From: an uncultured Candidatus Saccharibacteria bacterium
Lineage (GTDB): Bacteria; Patescibacteriota; Minisyncoccia; Minisyncoccales; UBA5738
Direction: 5' to 3'
NCBI GenBank assembly: GCA_964470995.1
Contig: CAYYEP010000006.1
Location: forward strand, 1-58,764
DNA: 58,764 nt
Position numbers and translations under genes: made by a program
Part shown: positions 25,886 through 34,976 of the stretch, one piece after another
How the letters are laid out: each line of letters starts with the position of its first letter
Position numbering within the stretch: the first letter of the stretch is position 1
Notes under the pieces: model-generated
What the model was told of the DNA's origin: nothing
The model's database searches: none
What the model saw: only the letters and a program-made list of their open reading frames with translations

Positions 25886-26101
25886 ATGGAACAAATAGAA
25901 ATCATCATCAAGTCGCTGCGCCATTTGATGAAAAATCTGATATGGAACGGAGTGTTCGCGATTATTTGCGGGATCGCGATCGTAGTTTATCCGGAGCTTT
26001 TACGTATTCTGGTGAGTTTGGTGCTGGTAGCGTTCGGAATCGTAAATCTGATCGCCGCGGCCAAGGTTGGCCGCTATTCCAAGATCAGATTTAAAATTTA
26101 A
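25886..26101 (+). CDS. Small two-TM membrane protein (HdeD/DUF308-like)
   Basis: 71 aa from MEQIEII with two hydrophobic helices. The upstream part of the track ORF is a translation of the TACGTA array. Confidence 0.55.
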   Translation: MEQIEIIIKSLRHLMKNLIWNGVFAIICGIAIVVYPELLRILVSLVLVAFGIVNLIAAAKVGRYSKIRFKI

Positions 26102-26805
26102 TGTTTTTTTTCAAAAAAAAATTGGCGGGCCCGGAACTTGCGGAAGCGGTAAGAGCAGAAGCGGAAAAATATTTTGGCGGAAGGAACGGAAGCCATGACT
26201 GGGACCATAGCCTGCGGGTTTTAAACAACTGCCGCTTGATCGCCAAAGAAACGGGCGCCGATATGCTTGTCATTGAGCTGGCGGCATATCTGCACGATAT
26301 CGGCCGGAATGAGGAAACCCGCAATCGGGGCAAGGTTTGCCATGCCAAAATCGGCGGGCGGGAGGCCGGGCGGATACTAAAAAAATGCGGGGCGCAAAAA
26401 GAATTAACCGAGGCGGTAGTGCACTGCGTCGAAAGCCACCGGTCAAAAAGCGAAGTCCGGCCCCAAACCGCGGAAGCCAAGGCGGTATATGACGCCGATA
26501 AGCTGGACGCGCTGGGCGCGGTGGGTTTGGTACGGCTTTTTTTGTTCGCTAACGAGGTTGGGGCGGGTATTCACAACAAAGAGAATGATCTGGTAAAAAC
26601 GGCCGTTTACTCGCCAGAAGATACGGCGTTTCGAGAATTCTATTTCAATACGCGTTTTCTGAAGGACAAAATGGAAACTGAACCCGGCAAACGCCTGGCA
26701 CGGGAACATTATGATTTTATGGTAAAATACTTCGAGACGCTTTTTTCGGAAGTTAATGCCGATGAAAAATTTTTTAGAATGCTGGATGAGATTAGAAATC
26801 CCTGA
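26101..26805 (+). CDS. HD-domain phosphohydrolase
   Basis: HDWDHSLRV ... AAYLHDIGR ... ESHR ... DADKLDALG. One-nucleotide stop/start overlap with the upstream gene. Confidence 0.75.
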   Translation: MFFFKKKLAGPELAEAVRAEAEKYFGGRNGSHDWDHSLRVLNNCRLIAKETGADMLVIELAAYLHDIGRNEETRNRGKVCHAKIGGREAGRILKKCGAQKELTEAVVHCVESHRSKSEVRPQTAEAKAVYDADKLDALGAVGLVRLFLFANEVGAGIHNKENDLVKTAVYSPEDTAFREFYFNTRFLKDKMETEPGKRLAREHYDFMVKYFETLFSEVNADEKFFRMLDEIRNP

Positions 26806-26875
26806 ATCGGCGAGTTCGCAAGGTTAAGCATTTATCTTATATTATCGTTAAGGTGTTTTTTAGATCAGTTGATCC

Positions 26876-27601
26876 TTGTCTTTTTATCATATTCGTTGTA
26901 TAAAAAGGTGGTCGGGATTTAATAAATACCGGCCGAATATTTTTTGCGGGGTGAAAAAAATTAACAACGAGGGAATACTACAGGCCCAAGAATTGGGCCG
27001 GAAAGCATTGGACCTTATAAATATAGATGTAGATGAGGATTTAACCCGCATTTGCATAATTATGGCAGTGGCTCAACGACTTCTGGAACGGGCGATCGAC
27101 AATTACGATATCCATGGCTTAATGAAGACCAAGATTACACATTGCCCGCTGATTAAAGAAGAAGCTGCCAACATCGCGAACAAAATAGGGGGTTGGATCA
27201 AAGAATCCACGGGTAATGATGAAAATCTGACGATCATGGCGGAGATATACGCCGCCGTCCTGATAATCAAATTGTTCGACACTAACGAGGCGGACGGGAA
27301 GATTGCGGCTGATGAGGCGATCAGATTAATCGACGCGAGATATGCGAGCGAGACGATGCGGCAATGTGTAAAGCTAGCGGTTGCGCTTTGCATAATCGAT
27401 GAGTGGATTAATATTAGGGGAAGTGAAAGCTCGATATACTCCTACGCCTCTTGCAGGGATTCAATCGACAGCTTTGTTTGTGGCGTGGTCCGTGATACTT
27501 GCGTCGTCACGCAGGATAGTTCAAAAAAAACCGCCCAAATGGCATTGGCGACGGCTGCCCAGTTGGTATTAAATGTACCACGGCTAAAACTAGCGGTCTA
27601 A
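26876..27601 (+). CDS. Hypothetical cytoplasmic protein
   Basis: 241-aa ORF with no recognisable motifs. The start is uncertain (TTG at 26876 or GTG at 26951). Confidence 0.45.
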   Translation: MSFYHIRCIKRWSGFNKYRPNIFCGVKKINNEGILQAQELGRKALDLINIDVDEDLTRICIIMAVAQRLLERAIDNYDIHGLMKTKITHCPLIKEEAANIANKIGGWIKESTGNDENLTIMAEIYAAVLIIKLFDTNEADGKIAADEAIRLIDARYASETMRQCVKLAVALCIIDEWINIRGSESSIYSYASCRDSIDSFVCGVVRDTCVVTQDSSKKTAQMALATAAQLVLNVPRLKLAV

Positions 27602-27783
27602 ACCGCGACATAGCAGCTAAAACCGGCTGCTATTTTTTTGGCTTAATACGAGTTCCTTGGCTAATGAATTTAATTCAAACAACTCAAGATGCCACTGCTT
27701 TCGCGGCTGATATTGACGAATGATTTTTTTGTTATAAACTTAGCAAGCTACAAGCATATTTACAAAGGAGGAGGTTTCTTCTA

Positions 27784-28536
27784 TTGAACATAACCAGAAT
27801 TGGTTTTGCGGGTACCGGAGGTTTTCTGTATTCGGACCCGAGCCTGCCTGGAAGCTGTCTATTGATCGAACAGGATGGAATTTTGACGATCCTGGATACT
27901 GGTGTCAACACTTACAGTACCGCCATGAGAATGAGCGGATGGGAACTAATGGATTTTAGCCGCATAATCCTGACTCATTGCCATAGGGATCATATCGACG
28001 ACATTATCCTGTTCCTGCACGGAATCCAGAGGCTGCAAGAGAAATACCGCGGAGAATCGGGCTCGATCGAAGTAATCGGTCCGCGCGGCACCACGACGGC
28101 AATCCGCGCGGCTTCCAGGCTGGAGGGCAGGCCGGGTTTTATACCCAAGCTAACGTTGCGCGAAGGCCAGGGTACTTATGGCAATGCCCGACTAGTTACG
28201 GTGGAACACGGCAATGTACCGGCGCTAGCTGTGGCGCTCTACGGTAAAAGGGAAATTCTCTATACCGGAGATATGGCTCCCAGCGACAAAAACATATCAG
28301 TTATCGAGAGGGTTTCCAAAGAGCCCCACGCGCTAATCTGCGACGCGACCGGACCGGGCAACAAATGGCACGGTGATATGAAATTCGCGGCGGGCCTTAT
28401 GCAAGCGGGCGGATTTAAAATATTGTTTCCGGTGCATACGCGGCGAGGCCATCAACGAACAGTAAGAAGGGTCTGCGCAAAATCCAGCGGTCGAATCATT
28501 AAGCCTCGGCGGGGGCGGACATATACGATCCAATAG
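27784..28536 (+). CDS. Metallo-beta-lactamase-fold hydrolase
   Basis: HxHxDH motif (ILTHCHRDHIDD). An AAGGAGGAGG SD lies upstream of a TTG start. Confidence 0.7.
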   Translation: MNITRIGFAGTGGFLYSDPSLPGSCLLIEQDGILTILDTGVNTYSTAMRMSGWELMDFSRIILTHCHRDHIDDIILFLHGIQRLQEKYRGESGSIEVIGPRGTTTAIRAASRLEGRPGFIPKLTLREGQGTYGNARLVTVEHGNVPALAVALYGKREILYTGDMAPSDKNISVIERVSKEPHALICDATGPGNKWHGDMKFAAGLMQAGGFKILFPVHTRRGHQRTVRRVCAKSSGRIIKPRRGRTYTIQ

Positions 28537-28686
28537 GGGAATCCCGGGATCGTTTTTTTATATTCACAAGATGGTTTGAAAGATTATGGCCAGAGGCTTG
28601 TAGTAAATAGTACGAACACCCGGGAGTAAGTTCGTAAAAGTTCGGGCATCGTCAACCGGACGCAAATATTTAAAGAAAACAAACCA

Positions 28687-29262
28687 ATGAGAACAATAAA
28701 AAAGAGACATTTGGCAATTTGGGTGCTTTCAATGGCGGTTGCGGGCGCGGGAATTGGCACGGCATTCGCAAGTTCAAATGAAGAAGATCCCAACAACCCG
28801 ATGAGTGCCCTTATCCTGGCGGTAGCCAATAAATTCAATCTTGATAAAAACGAAGTACAAGCGGTTTTTGAGGAGCAAAGAGAAGCTATGCGCGTTGAAC
28901 GCCAAGAGCAGATGACTCAAAGGAGAGAGGCGGCGCAACAAGAATTCGCCACAAGACTGGATGAGGCGGTAAAAGACGGTAAATTAACCCAGGAGCAGGC
29001 CGATCTGATCGAGCAAAAACATAGCGAGATAAAAGCCGAACGCGAAGCCAATAAGCCGGAGGAGGGCGGGCGCCAAAATATAACCGATGAAGAACGCCAA
29101 GAAATGCGAGAAAAGATGCAAGAGCAAAAAGAAGAGCTTAGACAATGGGCTGATCAAAATAATATTCCCGACGAGTATTTAATGATGGGCGGGATGGAAC
29201 GGCGGCACGGGCAAGGTATGGGTATACCGGGCGGCGCCTGCCTTCAAGACTCAAACGAGTAA
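28687..29262 (+). CDS. Exported coiled-coil E/Q/R-rich protein (function unknown)
   Basis: 191 aa with a signal-like N-terminus (AIWVLSMAVAGAGIGTAFASS) followed by charged helical repeats (KLTQEQADLIEQKHSEIKAE...). Confidence 0.6.
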   Translation: MRTIKKRHLAIWVLSMAVAGAGIGTAFASSNEEDPNNPMSALILAVANKFNLDKNEVQAVFEEQREAMRVERQEQMTQRREAAQQEFATRLDEAVKDGKLTQEQADLIEQKHSEIKAEREANKPEEGGRQNITDEERQEMREKMQEQKEELRQWADQNNIPDEYLMMGGMERRHGQGMGIPGGACLQDSNE

Positions 29263-29280
29263 TTAAAACGAAATTTTGAG

Positions 29281-29306
29281 AAAACGGCCGCGGCGGCCGT
29301 TTTTCT
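29281..29306 (+). terminator. Intrinsic terminator
   Basis: AAAACGGCCG-CGGC-GGCCGTTTTT hairpin. Confidence 0.75.
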
Positions 29307-29425
29307 TTTAATGGAAAAATAAATATGTTATTTTTTATTTATAGTCTGTAGTCTTATAACTCATTTAAAGGTCGGCGCAAGATTTTTTTTGTAGCGTTAA
29401 ATTATTTAATCCTAAACATATTTTT

Positions 29426-30583
29426 ATGCAAATATTAAAAAAAACAGCGGCAATTTTGCTTTGCGCCGGGTGCGTCGCGTTTACCGCGCCGGAAACAGCG
29501 GCGGCGTCCCAACCCACGCTAGAAGAATTGCAAGCGCAGATAGTAGCCCTGCAAAAGCAAATAGCCCAATTATTGGAAACTTTTAAGAACCGGTCAAACG
29601 TTAACAACGGCAACGCTTACGGCTTATATAAAGACGAGCGGGCCGGCTTGCAAGGTATTTACGGCACCGTAGACGAGGTAAACGCAGACGGCGACACAAT
29701 AACGGTGACCACAACGATTGGCGATAAATCTTATACGGTTAATATCGGTGAGAACACGAATATCATTGAAGTGACGGAAAATGACGGTAAAATCGAAAGA
29801 GATGAAATCGATCTGGCCGATATCAATGAAAACGACAAGGTTTGGGTGCGCGGAGATGTTGACGACAATGAGAAGACTGTGAATGCCGATACCGTCCGGG
29901 TAGGCGACTTGGGATGGGCGAATCTCGATTGGGATAAGAATTTGACGGTAAGAGGAACAGTTACGGAAGCGGGTAGCGATGAAATCGAGATTAGCGTAAA
30001 AAAACCGGGTTCAGGCAAGGAAACCGCTTATCAAGTTATTGCCGGAGAAAATCTGGAAATAATCGAAGTAAGCGTTGAGGATGGGAAAGTAATCAGGAAT
30101 GCTGATAAAGACCTAGCCGACATTGAAAAGGGCGATGTTGTGTCTGTTCGGGGGACGATCGATGAAGACGACAACGACATAATCGTGGCCACGGAAATAA
30201 AATTTGGAGATATAAACGGATACAATAACGGCTGGGATCGGAATATTTCGGGGAAAGTAACCGATGCGGATGATGACGAAATAACAGTGAGAGCCAGCGG
30301 CGTTGAATACACCGTAACCGAGAACGATGACGGTGCGACAATCATAAAGATTGCCAAAGGGTCAGACAATAAATTTGAGGAGAAGGAAATGGAATTCAAA
30401 GACATTGCGGTTGACGATACTGTTTGGATCAAGGGTACAGTCGATGACCAGGAGAAAACCGTTGAAGCGACCGAGATACGGGTAGGGGTAATGGGGTGGA
30501 TAAGAAGCGACGGCCCGGGCAACGGAGCTGGCAAGGGCCAGGGCAACGCTTGGGGATTCCAAGGAAACAACAAACAGCCATAA
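29426..30583 (+). CDS. Exported protein with three tandem ~95-aa beta-rich repeats (DUF5666-like pattern)
   Basis: Signal peptide, coiled coil, then three repeats of ...YTVxxxENxxIIEV...DGK..R.E.DLADI...D.VWVRG.VDD.EKTV.A..I.VGD. Confidence 0.65.
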   Translation: MQILKKTAAILLCAGCVAFTAPETAAASQPTLEELQAQIVALQKQIAQLLETFKNRSNVNNGNAYGLYKDERAGLQGIYGTVDEVNADGDTITVTTTIGDKSYTVNIGENTNIIEVTENDGKIERDEIDLADINENDKVWVRGDVDDNEKTVNADTVRVGDLGWANLDWDKNLTVRGTVTEAGSDEIEISVKKPGSGKETAYQVIAGENLEIIEVSVEDGKVIRNADKDLADIEKGDVVSVRGTIDEDDNDIIVATEIKFGDINGYNNGWDRNISGKVTDADDDEITVRASGVEYTVTENDDGATIIKIAKGSDNKFEEKEMEFKDIAVDDTVWIKGTVDDQEKTVEATEIRVGVMGWIRSDGPGNGAGKGQGNAWGFQGNNKQP

Positions 30584-30680
30584 AATACCCCGGAGCAAAG
30601 CCCCGAGGTACTCGTTACGCTCCGCTTGCGTTGCGCGTTAGGAAAGGTAAGTTTTTAGCCTCAGCTACGCTACGGGCAAA
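30584..30680 (+). repeat. Dispersed intergenic repeat family, copy B (5' module only)
   Basis: AGCCCCGAGGTACTCGTTACGCTCCGCTTGCGTTGCGCGTTAGGAAAGG...GCTACGCTACGGGCA aligns with copies A, C and D. It lacks the ATTCTGG 3' module. Confidence 0.7.
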
Positions 30681-30686
30681 CATAAA

Positions 30687-30712
30687 GAGAGCCGAAAAAG
30701 CGGCTCTTTTTT
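30687..30712. terminator. Intrinsic terminator
   Basis: AGAGCCG-AAAAA-GCGGCTCT hairpin followed by TTTTTT. Confidence 0.7.
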
Positions 30713-30769
30713 ATAAAAAAGGCCATATTACCGGATGACGGTCATGGCCCAATGCGATTTGACAGTAGC

Positions 30770-31459
30770 TCAACCCATAATGCAAGGTGCGCATCCGGGC
30801 TTGGAAGCATCACAGTTATCCGGACAGGGATTTCCCAATACGTTGATCTCCGTGGCGGTTTGGCCCGCGCGATCCTCCTTGGTGACTTCCTTATGATGGC
30901 AAAGCTGGTAGGTTTTTTCGATAAGCTGTTTTGCATGACCTGTCGCGTCCTGAACCACTTCGATGCGTTTCCTCTCGACAACGTTGTAACAATAGGTTTC
31001 GGGGTTGACGGCAACTTCTCCTGTTTCCAGATCTTCATCAAGCGTCAGGTTTTCCGAAGCGCCTTCTTTTATAATACGTTCACATTCTCCACCCGGGGTC
31101 AATACCGCACACTCTTCGGAGGGATACTGTTTTTTGGTCGCGCCGATCAATTCGGTTGTCTTCCAAGTTGTCGTGGTGGTGGTAATGCAGTGCGGCGTGG
31201 TATTAACCATCTCGGCGGGAACATAACTAGGCACAGTAACAACCACATCTTCCCATTCCCGAATCTTGAAGAAGTCGCAATTCTGCTTCTCGTCGTGCCA
31301 ATAATCAACCAAAGTGCCGTTTTGACAGATATGTTCACAGAATGGCATACATACCGCGGGAACCTGTTTTTCCAGACACGGACCGCAAGCGGCCATAGAG
31401 TTGGCAACCATTAGAATGGCGAGCGACAGCGCGCCCCATATTGATAATGTTCTTTTCAA
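30770..31459 (-). CDS. Exported Cys-rich hypothetical protein
   Basis: 229 aa with a signal peptide (LSIWGALSLAILMVANSMAA). Cys residues are spread throughout, with CGPC near the N-terminus and CAPC at the C-terminus. Confidence 0.6.
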   Translation of the reverse strand: MKRTLSIWGALSLAILMVANSMAACGPCLEKQVPAVCMPFCEHICQNGTLVDYWHDEKQNCDFFKIREWEDVVVTVPSYVPAEMVNTTPHCITTTTTTWKTTELIGATKKQYPSEECAVLTPGGECERIIKEGASENLTLDEDLETGEVAVNPETYCYNVVERKRIEVVQDATGHAKQLIEKTYQLCHHKEVTKEDRAGQTATEINVLGNPCPDNCDASKPGCAPCIMG

Positions 31460-31653
31460 TCAACTCACCTTCCGGAATCGGCACCCGCCAATTCCTTAGT
31501 TGGTATTATGGACCCGGCGCTTAAATTGAATATGAGAGATGGCCAATCACATTCATATAATTTTAATTTTTTGCGTCCATAGGACACCAAAACATTGAAT
31601 TTTGGCTTTATTTAAGCTAGTATGCGGCAAGAACCAGTGCGCAGGTACGGAGG

Positions 31654-33513
31654 ATGGACGAAATGGAAAATCTGGAAGAAAAGGACGGGTCTTTAATAAC
31701 CAAAGGAAAAAGCCCTGGCGAGAGTTTTGGTGAACGTATAAGAAGAATGGAAGAAGTACGCGCATCACAACGAAACGCATTTGAACAGATCAAAGGCGGA
31801 AACGGCGACGGAAAACATGCGGGTGAATGGCGCGAAAGACAGCCAGCGGACCCCGGCATAGCAGCCACAGAACATACACCGAAACCTTGCGGGAGACCAC
31901 GCAAGGTGCGCGACAAGGAGACGATTGATAGAATTCCCAAGCGGCGGGGGAGGCCGCTCACACGGGACCGGGAGGCGATCGCGGCCAAAAAGCAGGCCAG
32001 CCGGGATCTGCGCAAACTAAAACAAGCCCTCAAGGCGCTTAAGGCGCTTCAGGTGTGCGGCAGGCGGATCAGTCGAAAAGAAGCGCGCAATTTAAAGATG
32101 CTTGGTGCCGCCCAAGTTAAGGCGCAGGAGTTGGCTTTGATGCGCGCTAAGCTGGACCGGCAGGTGGAAGCGGCAATTCTTGACATTCAAGGGCTCGCCG
32201 CGAAAATCCAAAAAGACGGGTCAACCGCAAATATGCCGATACAAAAGGAACGAACACCAGCCAAAGAAAACGCGGCAGCCAACCCGCGCGCCGACGTTGA
32301 GGCGCGGGAAGATCAAAACGCTCCGGACATCATTGGAACAGTTGGGCCGGATAGAGAAACCAAAGCCGGGTCTGATCGCGGCGAAGGCGACCCCGACACA
32401 GTGGGCGACACCCTCAACTTGGACGAAAAAAAGACTATTGGCCAAGCCCCCGGCGGCAACTTGATCGAAGATGAGCTACACATCACGAAAAAGCCAACCG
32501 ATATCACCAGCAATCATAAGGTCGGAGTTTCGGGCGCTGTTGCCAACGAAGACCGGGCAAGGCACCGGGAAATGTTATTGACCGGGGCGAACGAGGCACA
32601 AACACTGAGTGTGGCAGTGGCGACAGTCGAACAACTTTTGACGGGGGTACTGCAGGCGCGAACGCTCAAGGTGTTTTGCGACGAGAGGATCGCTCATACA
32701 ATTACGTTGCCCGAGCCGGTGACGAATAGCGCTGTCAGCGAACCGGTCGCAAATAAAACCGCGGGCGAGGCCGAATTTAAGACGGAAAGTAAGGCGGCAA
32801 GCCAAGCAGTCACCAATGAAACAGCTCACGAAACGCAGGTATCGGCGGTCTTCTGTCGGGACGGGTCACTCGACGACAATGGGCGTGATCGGGAAACGGC
32901 CGAGCCAGTTTTAAACCAAGACGCGGGTCGCCCATCAAGCGAGTCTGATGCTGCAAAAGCCGCAAATGAAAAGGGAGCTTCAATCGCCAAGAAAAGAGGC
33001 ATTGCTCCAGGAATCATCGGAATTCCATGGTCTTCTCCGAGCAAGGAACCGCGCCGGGATGCACCGCAGCAGGTTACCGCCGGACCGGTAAAACACATAC
33101 CCAAGCCGGAAACTGGTCCGATCGTCAATGCGGCAACACACCGGGTGGTTATACCACCAACTCCGGAGATCGATCATCCCAAACAGGGCGAAAAATCGCT
33201 CACGGTAATCGCCATCAAAGGGCCTTCGCTTCATGGAGACGAACTATCAAGCCTGTCCGCGAAGCTGGAAACCGCATTGCCGGGATGCCGCGGTAGTTAT
33301 ATCCACTACTGGGATGGAGGAGATTGCAAGAGCCGGCGGTACGAGAACCTGATTTTTTTGGGTGGCGTATGGCTGCGCAGTTCGATCGCGTCGCTTTTGA
33401 CAGGCCGGGAATTTGACTGCTTCAGCTACGAGAACCACAGCGGGACCGCACCCTGGGCCAATAGCAACCTGTATGGCGCCATCTGCCAAATCGGCAGGCG
33501 ACGATCGAGGTAA
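31654..33513 (+). CDS. Large orphan protein with AT-hook-like motifs, a long low-complexity middle and a ~110-aa C-terminal globular region
   Basis: 619 aa. AT-hook-like motifs are KPCGRPRKV and KRRGRPLTR. There is a basic coiled segment. The start may be the second ATG at 31663, which has SD spacing of 9 nt. Confidence 0.6.
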   Translation: MDEMENLEEKDGSLITKGKSPGESFGERIRRMEEVRASQRNAFEQIKGGNGDGKHAGEWRERQPADPGIAATEHTPKPCGRPRKVRDKETIDRIPKRRGRPLTRDREAIAAKKQASRDLRKLKQALKALKALQVCGRRISRKEARNLKMLGAAQVKAQELALMRAKLDRQVEAAILDIQGLAAKIQKDGSTANMPIQKERTPAKENAAANPRADVEAREDQNAPDIIGTVGPDRETKAGSDRGEGDPDTVGDTLNLDEKKTIGQAPGGNLIEDELHITKKPTDITSNHKVGVSGAVANEDRARHREMLLTGANEAQTLSVAVATVEQLLTGVLQARTLKVFCDERIAHTITLPEPVTNSAVSEPVANKTAGEAEFKTESKAASQAVTNETAHETQVSAVFCRDGSLDDNGRDRETAEPVLNQDAGRPSSESDAAKAANEKGASIAKKRGIAPGIIGIPWSSPSKEPRRDAPQQVTAGPVKHIPKPETGPIVNAATHRVVIPPTPEIDHPKQGEKSLTVIAIKGPSLHGDELSSLSAKLETALPGCRGSYIHYWDGGDCKSRRYENLIFLGGVWLRSSIASLLTGREFDCFSYENHSGTAPWANSNLYGAICQIGRRRSR

Positions 33514-33584
33514 CTCTCGATCTTTTTTATTTACAAGCTGCTGCCGAATGCGGCGCGGGAATTGCATTGATTTCTTGCTGGCGA

Positions 33585-33613
33585 TTGACAGATTTGGGCA
33601 AGTTGGAGATAAT
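33585..33613 (+). promoter_or_regulatory. Sigma70-type promoter upstream of the pilin gene
   Basis: TTGACA (33585-33590), a 17-nt spacer, then GATAAT (33608-33613). Confidence 0.55.
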
Positions 33614-33644
33614 TAATTAAGAATAAATATTTTTGCTCAAAAAA

Positions 33645-34163
33645 ATGAATTTCAGTTTGAAAGGTTTCACATTAATTGAACTGCTAGTGGTGATTTCGAT
33701 AATCGGCATCCTGGCGGGCGTTTCATTGGTTAGCATGCAGCAGCTTAAAATACAAGCGCGGGATACGGCGCGAAAACGCGACGTAGTACAGCTGGAGAAA
33801 GCGCTGGTGCAATACTGGGAAAGAACCGGGCATTTCCCAGGAGAGGCTGGTTTTGACGGAAGTATCGGAAGCACTAGCTGTAATTGTCCAGCTACGGGCG
33901 CGCCGGTTGGATGCACGGGAACGAGCTGGTGCGCTACGGGGACCATGCATCAGGGAATTGTGGTTAATTACAAGATAATGGCCTCGGTTCCGGTGGACCC
34001 AACCAATAATACCACTTATTATTATTATTATGAACCTTGTTGCAACCAGGATTGCGGTGGCGGAAGGAGCTGTGTCGGCAAGGGGTGTTGCGAATATACT
34101 ATCGGAGCCAGCCGGCTGGAAAGCACCGGAACGAGTTATTCGCGGTGGGGCCGGTGGGAATAG
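33645..34163 (+). CDS. Type IV pilin / pseudopilin with a Cys-rich C-terminal domain
   Basis: Prepilin leader and N-methylation motif MNFSLKG-FTLIELLVVISIIGILAG. The C-terminal half has about 12 Cys and a YYYYY run. Confidence 0.8.
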   Translation: MNFSLKGFTLIELLVVISIIGILAGVSLVSMQQLKIQARDTARKRDVVQLEKALVQYWERTGHFPGEAGFDGSIGSTSCNCPATGAPVGCTGTSWCATGTMHQGIVVNYKIMASVPVDPTNNTTYYYYYEPCCNQDCGGGRSCVGKGCCEYTIGASRLESTGTSYSRWGRWE

Positions 34164-34196
34164 CAACGCACGCAATTTACAAAACCAATCGAGAAA

Positions 34197-34502
34197 ATGA
34201 ATACGCAAAAAGATCCAAACAACGAGGTTGATCTAAGTAAATTCTTTGAAAAAGAATCTGTGGCCGAGGTACGACCGGCAACAATTCAGCCTATGGAGAC
34301 AATGCTGTCGCGGGGAAAAAGACGGGGTGGTTTGGTTTGGGTGGTTGTGGTTAATTTTATTCTGGGAACCGCAGTGTTCAGTTATTATATAATAAAGGCA
34401 AATGCGGCTGGATCGGTAAACCCCGTGACAATGCAAAAAATAACGGCCCCAGTCAATTATACAGTGAAAGATGGCGAGACATATATGCCGCCATTGCCGT
34501 AA
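34197..34502 (+). CDS. Small single-TM membrane protein
   Basis: 101-aa ORF with one TM helix (GLVWVVVVNFILGTAVFSYYII). It lies between the pilin and the ATPase gene. Confidence 0.5.
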   Translation: MNTQKDPNNEVDLSKFFEKESVAEVRPATIQPMETMLSRGKRRGGLVWVVVVNFILGTAVFSYYIIKANAAGSVNPVTMQKITAPVNYTVKDGETYMPPLP

Positions 34503-34651
34503 AATAAGGATCAGGGCACGGGGCCGCAAGGCCTTTTTTCATAAATTGGCAACATACCCGCCCAAGCGTTATAATATAGGTACATACAAAATACATTGGC
34601 CCGTTTTTTAGTTGCGCCAACTAAAACGCACGCGCCGCGGACGACCCGATA

Positions 34652-34831
34652 ATGACAGCAAATCCGGCGAAGGCAATCGCAACCGGTTTGATATTGGCGG
34701 CGATTCTGATTGCTGGGTTGGCTTTCGCCCGAAACGAAGGATTAAAAAATCGGCCGCGGAGGGTTGGCGCCCGCAACCACAGATCGAGCGCCAACAATAT
34801 GGATTCGGATGATGAGGTTTCGGATTATTAA
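34652..34831 (+). CDS. Possible 59-aa single-TM protein, below the ORF-track cutoff
   Basis: MTANPAKAIATGLILAAILIAGLAFARNEG... is in a different frame from the listed 34612 ORF. No SD is present. Confidence 0.25.
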   Translation: MTANPAKAIATGLILAAILIAGLAFARNEGLKNRPRRVGARNHRSSANNMDSDDEVSDY

Positions 34832-34976
34832 CTTAAACTGTTGGATTAGGCCGCGACGGGACCGCATACGAGTTTGAAACGTTAAAATCGGAAAAGTTCG
34901 ATTCGCCGCCAAACATTGCCGGGGTTAACCCCCAAGGTAATCCGGCGGGTAAATTAACAGACGTAATTTTAAAAAT

